Assembly: GCA_030704615.1 (NCBI GenBank)
Contig: CM060733.1
Coordinates: 68,448,001 to 68,512,000 of the forward strand
DNA from: Takakia lepidozioides
Taxonomy: Eukaryota > Plantae > Bryophyta
Reading direction: 5' to 3'
Length of the DNA: 64,000 bases
Shown here in pieces: positions 48,901 through 61,860 of this stretch. Below the pieces are notes generated by a model. That model was not told where the DNA came from, made no database searches, and worked only from the letters and a program-made list of their open reading frames with translations. The translations under genes were made by a program, and so were the position numbers. How positions within the stretch are numbered: position 1 is the stretch's first letter; every line of letters starts with the position of its first letter.

Positions 48901-50529
48901 TGTCACGGTGAAGTATTTTGCCACGCAGCCCAAGTTGTCCCCAAAACAACTTAGGTGGCAAGATACTTTGGCGGTGTTCGACGTGGATATCCAGTACAAA
49001 CCGGGGCGAGACAACGTGGTGGCCGATGCTTTAAGTAGAAAGCAACAGCTCTTGTTGGTGTACAAGGGCGAGACGACGCTCCAAAGGAAGATCCGAAAGG
49101 CTTGCCGGAAGGATGAGCTGGCGAAGTCCGTGATGCAGGACTTGAGGATGGGGGTTAAATCGCAGTTCCACTTGCAAAATGGACTGCTCCGGTATAAGCA
49201 AAAGCGTCTCTACGTGCCGAAGGGAGGGATCAAAGATAGCCTCTTGAGAGAATGCCATGATAGCCCGCCTGCGGGCCACGGCGGAGCCAAGCGCACTGCG
49301 GCACTCTTGAAGAAAGAGTATTTCTGGCCCAAACTGAGGGAGGAGGCAGAGGAGTATGTCAAGACATGCACCACATGCCAACAAAACTGGAGCGAGTACA
49401 AAAAGCAAGCGGGGCTGTTACAACCCTTACCGATTCCAGAGGGGACTTGGGAAAGCGTCTCGATGGATTTCATGACTGCTATGCCGCTGTCAAAAGGATT
49501 CGATGCAATCATGGTGGTGGTGGATAGGTTCAGTAAAATAGGCCATTTCATCCCCACCAAGGAGACGGCAACAGCGCAGGAGACAGGGCGACTTTACTTC
49601 GCCCACGTCTTAAAGCATCATGGAGTCCCGAAGGATATTGTCTCGGACCGCGATCCAAAGTTTACGAGTAAATTTTGGAGGGCACTTTGGAAGAAGATGG
49701 GGACGAGGCTGAAGATGAGCACCGCCTTCCGACCTACAACCGACGGCCAAACAGAAAGAGTAAATTCCGTAGTGAAGCAGATCTTGCGGAATTACGTGTC
49801 GGCAGACCAAACAGACTGGGTGGAACACTTAGACGCGGCAGAGTTCTGTTATAATAACACAGAACACTCCACACGGGAGTTTCCCCTTTCGTATTGGTCT
49901 ATGGAAAAGCACCTCTGGTGCCGACAAGTTGGGCCGCCCAGGACGTTGAGGAACCGGCAGTAGCGGCGGTACTGGAAGAACGCGAGCGTTTGTTGAAGCT
50001 CGCAAAGTACAACATTGCCAAAGCTAGGAAACGGTATGAAAGGCAGGCGAATCGGAAGCGGAGGGAAGTGAAGTTTGAGGCAGGTACAGAGGTCTGGTTG
50101 AACATCAAGAATTTCCGACTACCTCCGGAAGTGAGTCCGAAGTTCGTACCTCCGTATGCGGGACCCTTTCGCATTCAGAAGGTTATGAATGAGGATGTGT
50201 ATGAATTGGAGCTGCCGGCAAACAGTAAGGTGCACCCAGTATTCCATGTATCCCTTTTGAAGCCTTACTTCAAAGATGAAGCGCGTCCAAATCGGCATCA
50301 AGTGTTGCGTCCGCCACCTATGCTGTTGGATCATGAAAATGAACCTGAGTACGAGGTGGAGGCAATACTTAAGTCGAGGAGGTTCAAGAACCGAGAAACG
50401 GAGTATCTCGTCAAATGGAAGGGCTATCATCATGTGGAGGCATCTTGGGTGCGTGCCTCAGAAATGGGAAACGCATCCGAGGCGGTTGCAGCTTTCGAAG
50501 GGCGACCTCAAAAGCGGAAGAAGCGTTGA
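45973..50529 (+). pseudogene. gag-pol: gag-pol polyprotein with chromodomain; two frameshifts (about 47965 and 49870)
   Basis: CFNCGEPGHMAKKC; LVDTGAS; YIDDIL; TDASNFAIG; SMDF…SDRD…GQTE; GPF; EYEVEAIL…YLVKWKGY. Confidence 0.95.
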
Positions 50530-51423
50530 TGGGGACATCAACCTTGGAGCGTGGGTGAGGAAATGCATGCTTAGCCCGGTTTAGCTAGCTTAGGAATCCG
50601 ATTGCAAAAACTTGTATTGTACAAAACATGCTATAAATGAAATGGATTCCAAATGTTGTGCGTCCTACTTTGTTTGGAATGGTGATGCATGATATGGTTG
50701 GCTAGTGTGTAGAATGTATGCTAGCTTATAAAAGTGGGAGAGGTAAATTGGGTTAATCGTGTGTTTGCGTAGTGCCGAAATCGGGTGACCCCCATCCAAG
50801 GGGCAAGGAAACTTGCGCCTTCTTTGGGAGTTCACGTGCTAATGCGCACCTGGCGCGTGCGCGTACTATAACTGCGCTACCGAGGGGGTTGCCTTGTAGT
50901 GCGGGCTAACGCGGAAGCTACGTGCTTCCGTTCACGTACTATAATCGTGTAGCCTCGGAACGAAGTCGTAGTGCGGCTTCGGCGTGTTCCCGTACCTCAG
51001 GCCAGCATTCCAAGGCGGACCCAATTGTAGTGATTGGGGCGCACGGTTGGTTCAAGGTTATCTTCCTAGTCAAAGAGGGTTCCAGGGAACCCTTGCTCAA
51101 GGTGATGCCAAAAGCGGCATCATGAGCGGTTGCAAGCAATGTTGTTGCAGTAAGGCGATTCGATCCTCGGGGAGGATCGTTCCTTGGCCTTGAAGTAGGC
51201 CAAGAGGAGTGCACTGGGAGGAGCTGGAGAGGCTCTACCCTTGGCCGGGACTTGGAGGAACTAGCTAGTGGAGAGTAGAGTCAAGTGTGGGGTTTGGTTC
51301 TTTGCCATGGGACGCCATGGTACGGAAACAAACTCTTTGATGTGGGACGCCACAACTTGGATGTTCGTTTCTACAAAATGGACAAGTCGATGAGGACATC
51401 GACTCCCTGTTGGTAGGGGTGTG

Positions 51424-52048
51424 TGTCGCGGCCCTTTGCCTTGAGGGCAGGGCGTCGGGACACATGAGGGGTTGCCCTTGTGGTGGGGGCAGCGGCAGCG
51501 ATAGGTATGGGGTGGTGGTAGCTTAGCGGGACTTAGTGGGGGTGGCATAGGACTCACCATGGGGGCGGAGACCTCGTGGTGGGAGTCGTGGGGAGTCTTG
51601 GGACTCATCACGGTCCATGGGGGCCGTGGTGAGTGGGCCAAAACTCACCGCAACTCATCACCGGGAGTCGAGGGTTTTCGTGGTGGTTCGCCATAAAATG
51701 GCATGGCTGGTTGTGAAACCCCCGCGGACAGCTACAGAAGTATATATAGGGAGTAGTAACCCTGAGAACGGTGCAAGCCCGTTGGTGACCAAAAACTAGT
51801 GAGTAAGCGAGCGAGCCGGAAAGCGACCAAAGAGTGGGGAGCTGTTCCGGACTGCCAACTACCAAAGGGAATTCCCGCTGGTTCCAAATCGGTGGAGGGT
51901 TCTTTGGGAGAACAAAGGGGGACCGTTATGCCCCGGTGAGCAGCCGAAGCTCCAAGTTGGCCCGGCGGCCAGGTTGGGAGTCAGGCGCGTGCATCAAAGC
52001 GAGTAACTATGACTTGAGGGGGAACTTACCGAAGTGAGGTGTGCGACA
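51424..52048 (+). repeat. 3' LTR of element D
   Basis: Same length as the 5' LTR, with about 12 substitutions counted by eye. Confidence 0.97.
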
Positions 52049-53057
52049 ACGACACTGGCACCGAGCAAACTTCTATAAAATGTATAGTATTCGAAACCCT
52101 CAGGAGTTCCACGCTATGGCACCTATGGAAGGCCAGATGCGCGAAGTGCTTCTCGGCTGAAACAACATCAATCTCTGCTTTGCTTCGCAGGTCTTTTACG
52201 ATCTAGGCACTGAATCAGGAAAGCTCGGGCAAAAATGTGTGCAGATATCAAACGGAGGTCGCAGAACGGGGCTGCAATCCACAACATCTTTAGGAATACA
52301 TGGGGCTGTCATGGAATCATTTGCCACACTGCCTTGCAAGATCTCTGCGACTGGACCGAGCTCCCTCCCCTCCCCAGTTGGCGAGGCCTCCACTCCACAA
52401 TCTAGAGCCTCCCCCGAGTTCGATCGTAAGATTAAAGCACCTTAAGTCTACCACGAAAGCCTCACGGCTTCAATACACATGGCCTTTCACAAGTCAATTT
52501 TTTATGAATGATAACTGCTACTACATCTAGGGTCCTTTCCAATGGCAGGCCCTTAGGGCATGTCTTTCTGGATCATTGGGTCGCTCCATTGCAACGTCCA
52601 AGTTGTCGTCAATACCTCTCGCGGGGTGATAGTTCGTTTTTTCACTTACTATGGTGTGTGCCCCCTTATGGTGTGCCATGGGGTTTTAATGTTTTTCCCC
52701 AAATAATTCTAAACAAAGTTTCCCAGGGCCTCTGACCCTCGTTTTTTAATATTAAGAAAAAAAACAAATGGACCATCGCCCCTACCTAACATGTGCTAAA
52801 AATGAAGAATAGTAGCGGGCCCTTGGCTGGACATGGCCCTCACATGTACACCCGCCCAACTTTATAGCTATACCATGTGTATAGTCCTTGTTTTTGTCCA
52901 TAATTCGGATATTGCAAGGGTATCGCACTTGTCAACACCAGCCTATGTAGGGTATTGACCTAGGTATTGGAATTGCCAATACCAGGCGGCTCAATTATTT
53001 AACACCCCGGTTGATACCCGGCCAGGCCCTGTATACCAGTCCAACACTGGTTGATAC

Positions 53058-53831
53058 CAGTGTTGGGCGGTTAACCGCCAGTTCCGGACCGGACCAGAAC
53101 TTGACCCAGTCTGCAGAAGTGGACCCGGAACCGGACCGGCAAATAGGGATCAGCCTAGAACCGGAACCGGCGGTTCCTACCGGGAGCCACACCTGTGAGA
53201 ACCGGCGACATGGGCTAAACGCAAGTTCCGGTTCAGGTTCTTGGATCCTCCCAAAACCCTTGGTGGGCCATGCCATGGCATAAGATGGCATGGAGACCTG
53301 GTGGCCCCATGGCAAAACTCTTAAGTCTCTCAAGCTCCATGAGATCCTAGGTTCAAATCCTGGACCTCCATGAGATCTTTGGTTTAATCTTCAGCTCCAT
53401 GAGATCTTGGGTTCAACCCTTCAGCTCCCGGTGAGAGGTGAGAGTCCTGGGTTCACTAATCAAATTACTAGTATATGCCGATACATCAAGATAGCTCAAT
53501 TATATTCATAACTTCAAGCCACAAAAATTTATCTATTTTCTCTCACAGGTTTTTTAGTTTATTTTTGTTTCAATGAAAACTAACCAAATCCCAATATTTT
53601 AAAAACACTTAGATGAAATAAAAACAATTTAAAAATAGAACCGGAACCTAACCGGAAACGATGGTTTTTTTCAACAACTAACCGATAACCAGAACCTCTC
53701 CGATGTTTAAAAGTTGGATCCGGGACCGGCTCAAGAAAAAAAAACCGGAACCTGATCCGGAACTTGAAATTATTTTATTGAGGAACCGGAACCGAAGGTT
53801 CCTTCACAAATGCAAGAACCGCCCAACACTG
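53058..53831. mobile_element. hAT-type MITE (774 bp)
   Basis: 15-bp TIR CAGTGTTGGGCGGTT / AACCGCCCAACACTG, 8-bp TSD GTTGATAC (53050-53057 and 53832-53839), subterminal AACCGG repeats. Confidence 0.93.
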
Positions 53832-55843
53832 GTTGATACCAACACAAGAAATCGACAAATTCATTTTGTTGGACACATTTAACATTATTTCATGTTTTAA
53901 ATCTTGGGATGAGAGACCACCTCAAACATCCTTCTGGATATTATCATTAAAGATTGAATAATGTTCCATTCTTTGGACTTGCTTCAACCAAACCAAACAA
54001 ATATCTTTCAAGAAATATGCAAAGCCTTATTAACCACATACCAAACTTTCCAGACCTCTACACAGCCGCTACCTATAGATTCTTACCTTTTCAAATTCCT
54101 CCCCACCTCCAGGTTCATCACCATTACCTACATGTTGAACTAACACTGCGGCATGGCCTGAAACAGCTCTTCTCTTTTCTCAAGTAACTTATCAAAGATT
54201 ATCCATTTCAAACAACACCAGCTCACCTGAACCGTTCGTCTATGCAGATTAGGTTTGTCCAACAGCACTTTGTGGACCTTATTTAGTCATTTCTTAACAT
54301 GGCTTCAAGAAGATTAAGAGACCATGCATATTTGTGCATCAACTGATCTGAGGGCTGGACTAGAAGCTGACAATGCACTGTAACATTCCCTCACACTGGG
54401 TCCTTCCACAAGATGTGCAGCACAGGGAAACATGATGAACCATTAATATTTTCCAAAAAACAATAAAATACAAAAAGTCACAGAGCTGAGAAGACCCTAG
54501 AAACAACCAGAAAGACATGGCTATGATTGCTGTGAAATCAAGCACACTTGAGCTATTTGGCAGTCCTGGTTAATTAGAGTGGGGAAATTTACTATCCAAC
54601 CCTGAACAGATATGACCACTGTAAATGGCAACAAAACCACACAGGGAAGTTCAACTCAATTGAACAATGGAATGGATCAGCCTGAGGATGGCCCTAGGTG
54701 AAAGGCTTAGACCTAGAGTGGACACAAAGGAAGCCATCACCCAGAAGACACCCCCCAATGGAACAATCCACTCCGGACAGGGCTAGGCCCTCACTAGAAC
54801 GGCTGCTCAGTACCCTCTGTCAAGACTACATTTAACATCCATTTTGATATCACATTTTCCCATTTAGCATAATCCATGTAATTCACAAGGGACACTCCAA
54901 ATAGGATATCCACCTGATTTATGAGAAATCCTTAACAGGGAATTATGCTAAGGACTGTCTAGAATAAAGGAACAACTGTATGGGATACATGCAGGCCTGA
55001 CCAGCAGTATTATCAAGCTCTTATCATCTGAAATGGTCAATAGAATCATCGAGAGGTTGAGACCTGTTTAATTCAAAGATTCAGGCACCAATTCCCAACA
55101 TCAGTTCTCATTACCAGGACTTTTGGCATCACAGACCACTTGTCTCAATCATTGACAGTCTTACCATCCACACAGTCACTAAATCTGCTGGATGTTAAAA
55201 TCCTTTCATTTGCTTTCCTTACCCTTGACTTACTTTACTATGCCAAGTGAATGAAATACAAGGCCAACAAAATACGGAAGGAGTATATATCTGCCGAGGT
55301 TACGGCTCTAGTGTAAATGATTGAAGAGATTCTGCTTAAACTTACACAACCTATGACAGAAAATCTATTCCTCATCTCAAAATCAAAGAGGTAATATAGA
55401 AATCCATCTGTAGCATGTCCTTGACTAGCAGATTTACAGGGTATACATCCAGACATGATACAATTCACAAGAATCCCAACGCCAGTTAATGTATAAAAAC
55501 ACATACAATGGAGGGAGTAATACCTCTCTCTCCTGCAGATGACCTCCAAACCGATAGAAACGGAACAGAGGGGAGGACGCCATTATAAACAAAGGAGAAC
55601 TGCATTGAGAGAAACTGGTCACGATCCAATGATTGTCAGAATTACGAAGTAACCATGTTTACAATTTGTTTCCAAAAGCCAAATTTGTCTAAAAAATATC
55701 CTTTGCTTTGATTTGCTTCAGAAGACCACTGTCAAGGAGGACCAAGGCAAATCTACTTTCCCACAACCTAGCCTATCTGTTCCTTACCCAGTGAGGGATG
55801 AACGGATGATAAAAGAGAGGAAGAGACGAGCCACCTTTGAGTG

Positions 55844-56182
55844 TTATCTGCTTTGAATGGTCTCTCCCGCATAGATAGACACAAAGGAGTCAGTGGCCCC
55901 TGCTGCCAATAGGATGCTGTAGGGGTGGAAATGCAGCGCGCTGATGGGGCCAATCCTTTGGGCCAAAAAACTGTTGTGATAACGAACCATGCTCAGCTGC
56001 TCTCCACTCATACTGAAGGTCTTGATGAACTGCTTCCCTGAACCCGTCGCAACAACAGGAGCATGTCGGTGCACAGCTATTGAGGTCAAGTGGCCCTTGT
56101 GGGCATCCACCTCCAAGTACGGTGCTGAAGTATTTCTAATGTCTAGGAACTTTAGGTCTCCAACCGGGGATGCTGATACCAT
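55844..56182 (-). CDS. RAPTOR: Last coding exon of RAPTOR (WD40 C-terminus)
   Basis: CAG|MVSASPVGDLKFLDIR…AHKGHLTSIAVHRHAPVVATGS…RYHNSFLAQRIGPISALHFHPY…LAAGATDSFVSIY, then a stop. No upstream exons recognised in the window. Confidence 0.9.
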   Translation of the reverse strand: MVSASPVGDLKFLDIRNTSAPYLEVDAHKGHLTSIAVHRHAPVVATGSGKQFIKTFSMSGEQLSMVRYHNSFLAQRIGPISALHFHPYSILLAAGATDSFVSIYAGETIQSR

Positions 56183-59100
56183 CTGCGAGAGCATTATCTC
56201 CCTTCCCTCAGAACGATGTTTCAAGTTGTTCACAATTAAACTTCCCTCTATTATGTAACTACAGGCCACTTGTCTATTTCAAAGATGAAAATGGAATATT
56301 GAGTTTATTCTTGTTCAAAAGCTTAGTTGAAAGTGCTCAAATGCAACAACGCCATTTCACACCTTAGATCCAAACTGCTGCTAATGCACAAAATTGCTTG
56401 GTTCAAGGCCCGAGAAAAGCTGTCAGATTAGCCAAACCAACACAAAGAAACTTTGTAGTCCAAACATTCTTTGTCACAAAAATGGTCAATGAATGACATA
56501 GTTGTTTTACTCCAGCAACCAAGAGATCTTAGCTGATATGCACTGGGGCAATACTGGGACAAACATTTGCTATCATATTACCTACTGATTCAATGCAACA
56601 CGAGAGAGAGCGAGAGAAGAAGCAATTAAAAGACAACAATCGCCATAGCCATGTGGCCATAGCCCCCGTGCCCAGATTGGGAGGAATACAAGAGAATTTA
56701 CTCATAAAACGTTGTTTGCCGTAGCCTTGTGGCCATTGACCCCGCGCCCAGTTTGAGCGGAACTCAAAGGGACAGAAACTACCTTTGTCAGAGGCTGACG
56801 CCGGTAGTATGACTTACCTCGGAACAGACAATTGATCCGAGTTGATATCCTCTAGAAATCCCATCACACAAGCATCAATCTGCTGTGTATGATGCATATA
56901 TTAGTACAATTTTCTTTTCAGATCGTTTTTTATCATAAGACAAGCGGTTTCAGCATTGTACTGCCAAAAACAGGGTAGTTTGTTAGTTATCTGGAAATCG
57001 TTGGTAAAGCACGTAGGAAATTAGACAGTGTCTGCGACGACCATGGAGAGGAGCTCTGGCGGACTCCGGACATATATGGCGACCAATGGGGAACACTCGT
57101 CCCGAGTGTAAGAGAATCCAAAATCTCTGGTTTGTAAAATCCCCCTACTAGGGTATCCCTGATATCCCTTGGAGTCAACGACTCACTTGAGTGACCTAAA
57201 AAAGATGAAGAATAATTTCCCTTAGGCTCTTCCTCTTCGGAGAGAGTTCAAGTCTTCCGGGAGAGATGAGGGAAAATAAAAGCAAAAGTCAATAAAGGTT
57301 TCAAAACCACCCAACCCGCCCTCTTCGGAGACAGTTGGAGTTCCCAGATAAAAAATACTTCAAAACCGCCATTCTCCCCCACCAGACTGGGTTTGAATCC
57401 CTTAGATGATGTAAGAGAGATATGCGCGGTTCAAATTGATGATTCTAGCCTTGGAAGGACTTTGGTTCTACATTATTTTGACATGGCTTGCAGGGACCTC
57501 TCCTGGATTTGCAAAGCTCATTGTAAATCGCTCAATGTGAACTATGACCTCGACTCGAATCCGGAAGGGTCAAATGCTCTTAAATATGATGCTTATGGGA
57601 GTCATAATCAGTGGCTCCCGTGTCAACATAAAAGATTGGATACCCGAGGACCCCACCCATGAAATAGACGCACCATTTCTAACCTAAGATCCTAACTACC
57701 TTCATGGCTCGCAGGGACCTCTCATGGATTTTGCAGAGCTCATGATGAAATTCTTGACCTTGGAAACGATTGGATTTTTTTTTTGCATCTCAAAGGATCA
57801 TACTCTGGAACATGTATCATTCATTCCTAACTACTGAACAGAGGTCAAAGGCCCTTTTGGGTTTTCCTACGCGGGACGCCCTTCACTCATGTGAGGGGAG
57901 CAACAACCACTGCTCTACAACTCACATTTTACCCCTTCACTGCTTCTGACTTTTCTCTCTCTACGAGGAATGCTGCGGCGGGGTAAGGTGGAAATGACAA
58001 GGGGTTTAAGGTTAGAATCCTCGTGCGGGAAATCGCAATGCTCCATGCAGGGAGCATCAGTATACTGCAGAATACTTGATACAGCAAGCATTTACTTTTT
58101 TTCGAGATATGCTTGAGCAGACACAGATATATTCTGTGCTAAAAGACAAATGATGATCGACAATGTGCATTGAACAAGAGTGCATATATTAGCCATCCCA
58201 TTGTTCTCATTCCTGCACCCGTGGTTCTTCACTTGGTGAAGAAAGAAAAGAAACTCACAACACGTGATTAGTAACGAAGATATACGAAGTCTTCTACTTG
58301 GCAATTGGATGATCATAGCTTTCATAGCTTATGCCATATCAAACAAATTCTAATTCTACAACGTGGGTTAGATTACTGCATTTTATGTGTCCCGCATCCC
58401 AAGGTCTATCCTTGTGGATTCCAATAACTACCCAAAACTTCACACTGGAAAACAAATCACCTCTTTAATGCAACTGCGTTGCCCCGCATCCCAAGATCTA
58501 TCCTTGGAACTCCAAGAAATGGTGTTCAATAACCGGAGATGAGTAGCGTGAGAAAGTCCCTAGGGATAGTGTTGTGAGCATATGCTTGAGTTAGTTTGGC
58601 AAGGGCTCGCGCGGCTTCTTGGTAGGAGTATCCTTGAGGTATCGATCTAAGAGCCAGTAGATTTCAGTAGCGAAATCTTGTCTGGGTAGAAGTAATTGGT
58701 AAATATGTGGGTTAGAGTATCTATTTCATAGCCAAGTTAGCCTGTCATTGGTGATTAGGCCAATGAAGTGGCCTAGTGAGGGCAAAGATATTAGACATAT
58801 GTGGACCTTTACAGATTATGGGAGAATCATGTGCAATATCTTTATTAGGGTTACATTATGTGGAGCTGACTTAAATATGAGGTGAAATTAACGGGTTGTG
58901 TATATGGCGGGCATCTATGAGTTGTGTCTGGGAGACGTGTTGCTGATGAATGTGTGTCAGGTAATTAATGTTGGTCCGTTTGTGGAACGCAGTGAGGAGG
59001 ACAAGGTTGTAGGTAGGGTCGCAGTCGTCATGTGACCCAAAGAGGTCGTCCTCGATTTGCTTGTTGTCTTCTGAGGGGAAGCCAGCCCATTTGCAATGGT

Positions 59101-60747
59101 AGTACATATCTACACATGTAGCACCAAATGTGTCTGTTGATGTCTGAGTTCTGATTCAAGAGTCGCATTCAAGAGTGCATGAGGATGGGGGGTGCAGAAT
59201 AGAGTACAAAAGGTGGCTAAGATATCAGCAAGTTTTGGCAATAGCTCTGGAGTGTTTAAGAGTGAATTCGCAGGGGTTAAGAGTCGGTTGCCAGTGGCTG
59301 TGTAAGCTGGGTGAGGTTCGTGATGTGTCATCCTTTAAAGTAGTTGATGATGGGCATCAAACATTATTATAACAGTCATCATTCCAGGCATCTCTAAGTT
59401 TTTTTTCTCACCTTCGAAAAAAGGTAAAAGCAGCAACGTGAAGTGGCTTTTAATTACGTCGGCTATGGCCGAAGTTTTTTCTTTGTGTCCCTCTTTCAAC
59501 ACATATATATTTAGCATCCATAATCACCAAGGCAATAAATAGGTCAATATACTCAATATAACATCAGTCAAGATACACATAATATGTGTGTATATCAATG
59601 TATACGGTATACCAAAAAAAAAAAAACTTACAAATGAGATTTCATGTGTACCTATATGTAATTAATCTTATAGAAAGCAACATAGACAACCACTGTTGGT
59701 AAAACAATGTATTTTCATTCAACCTATGAATTATCATGCGATTTCTCTTTTGCATATGGAGAGTCATCATTTATATTTTTAGGTCACCGTAAGACAAAGA
59801 GACAAAGAGAAAGCACTTTGGCATAAGTAAGAGCCACTTCGCCTTGCAGCTAGTGTCTCCTTGCAGGGGTGGGCCCTATGAAGAAAGTGGGGTATCCAAT
59901 GTATGTAGGGTACCAAGGGTGGATATGTCACCATAAAATAGTTTTCTATCTGACCATACCAAATTATTATAGTATACAATAGTATACAAATCTTAGTATA
60001 CAAATCTTACGGAGGTATCATCTAGAAGTAGAAACTATGTTTGTGGGTCTATCAAAGGCATGTCACACTCTTATCAATCAATATTCTTACAGAGGTATCA
60101 TCTTGAAAATGAATCAATGTTTGTTTCCCCTCTCTCGGAGGTATATCAAATTCATATCCATTCACTCTCCAATAGAGTACCATATCATACAATTTGCTCG
60201 ATTATACATAACGTTTCGAATCATGCCCCATTAGAAGTGATTTGACAACGTCAAGAAATAGGATGGTAGGCATAGGCGGTCTCAATTTTTTTTCTCATGT
60301 TATATATTAGTGTGTCATTGAACCGCTCACTTTTATTTCTTCAATAACAGCCGCCCGGGCTGACTGTACGGTTCTATCTTTTTAGTTTTTATTTTATGTA
60401 TCAAGATTAAATAGATCAGACAAAATAAAGAAAACAAAATGACAGAAGTTAAATTAAAAATAAAATAAAATATTCAGTAAAACAATAAAATCCAGGATGA
60501 CCGTTGTGACCAGTGTTGGACTGGTATCATGGTTTTTTGATACCACTAGGGAAAGGGTATTGGGGTAGAGTCGAATTATTCAAACGAGTTGTTCTTAACA
60601 AGTAGGTTGTTAACAAGTATGAAAGCATATTTGGAAGATGCTTTAAAGAGAAGCATATTTGGGAAGATGCTTCAGTTGAAGCATCTTTTTGCACATCACG
60701 TTGATGTAGTGAAGGGTGTAGATGTGGTCAAATGGTACACACTTAAT

Positions 60748-60875
60748 GAATACTTTTTGACCACATCTACAACCCTAACAACTCGTTGTGAAGAACATTG
60801 CGTTCATGTTGTTAGGGTTGTGACAGGGTTTGTTATGGGTGTGACAGGGACAGGGTTTGTGGTCAAAAAGTATTC
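60748..60875. repeat. Nested inverted repeat (fold-back or MITE-like remnant)
   Basis: GAATACTTTTTGACCACA (60748-60765) pairs with 60858-60875. Inner ACAACCCTAACA pairs with TGTTAGGGTTGT. Confidence 0.7.
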
Positions 60876-60919
60876 CATACACCCCCACTCAAATGGATTC
60901 TAGAGACTTAGCTAGTTAT

Positions 60920-61135
60920 CAACCCAGACTGCAGAAGCGTACTCCAAGGCAGGTATAATAACACGGCAAACCATGGTGTTTTTTTACTTCAGAGTTGATC
61001 CCTCTGCAGTGGAAAAATTTAGTGAGACCCAGTGCTTTGCACTTGCCAGATTGAACGACTTTTTGAATATGGGCATCCCAATTACAATTGGAGGAAAACT
61101 CAACACCAAGGTATGGGTAGGAAGGGAAGACAGAG
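60920..61135 (-). mobile_element. LINE reverse-transcriptase C-terminal fragment
   Basis: YPYLGVEFSSNCNWDAHI and, after a frameshift, IPALEYASAVW. Confidence 0.75.
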
Positions 61136-61860
61136 AACCTTGAGTAGTCCAGGACCTTCTGGCTGACAAGGGAAGCAGGGGATGTGGAGTGGGGGATTCC
61201 TTGGAGGACAATGCCACGCACATTTATGACCACATCGCAGAATTGTAACATCAGGTACCCCATGGAGCTTCTAGCAACCTTAGACTACCAAGTAGCCAGA
61301 CTGACCATCACCTCCTGTATTACCTACAACTTTCTAGCTGAACTTCACTCAACTACATGCAGAATTTCCCCAAGAACCGACAGTCTCAGAACAGCCACAA
61401 TCATGACTCTGCATACAGTGAAACAACCAGTCAATAGGTGACCTACTGAAACATTACAATATATTACCTTCTAATACAGGATTCCACCAGCAACTTAGAT
61501 TGATGAATGCTAATAAATCATATCCCAATCCATAGAATAAGGATATTGCAGGCTGCCCACAAACTTGGTTATAATGCAGACCTGCCTTTCTATGACGCAA
61601 GCGCAGAGTACACTCTTCACCAAAAACATCAAAATATGCTGAAGAGAACAAAAGAGAACAATGTTGATACATTGAAGAGCTCTGCACATCTGAGCTTGAT
61701 ATCAATGCACAAGTTTCCTCCTCAAAGAAAGCAAGAATGTTTCGGGAATGTCTTCATAGCAGAGCCTGTGATGCCTGTGTCCACGTGATCTTTCCAGCTG
61801 CTCATAAATTCCTTTTTCCAAAATTAAGGTTGTTAAATCAAGAACACTTCCCTGCCACAC

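Larger units (their letters stand above)
45293..52048 (+). mobile_element. Full-length chromovirus (Galadriel-like Ty3/Gypsy, element D)
   Basis: 625-bp LTRs, 5-bp TSD ACGAC (45288-45292 and 52049-52053), tRNA-iMet PBS, purine-rich tract before 51424, and gag-PR-RT-RH-INT-chromodomain order. Confidence 0.97.
44680..52768 (+). mobile_element. 5'-truncated LINE (L1-like ORF2 C-terminus), split by element D
   Basis: WSSIWK…PAKIAAFLWQIANGVL…CACC…ESIEHSLIFC (zf-RVT-like) at about 45000-45292. The frame resumes after 52053 as …TLWHLWKARC. A-rich tail at about 52755-52768. Confidence 0.8.

Noticed and set aside
56817-56880. Small minus-strand exon as the RAPTOR penultimate exon
   Set aside because: Splice-like sites are present, but no frame resembles RAPTOR.
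58500-59330. Decayed minus-strand coding-like segment (YYHCKWAGF), possibly a non-LTR retroelement remnant
   Set aside because: Too degenerate to assign.
53049-60527. One large hAT element capturing the RAPTOR exon
   Set aside because: The two CAGTGTTGGACTGGTAT-type ends face outward and do not enclose the interval.
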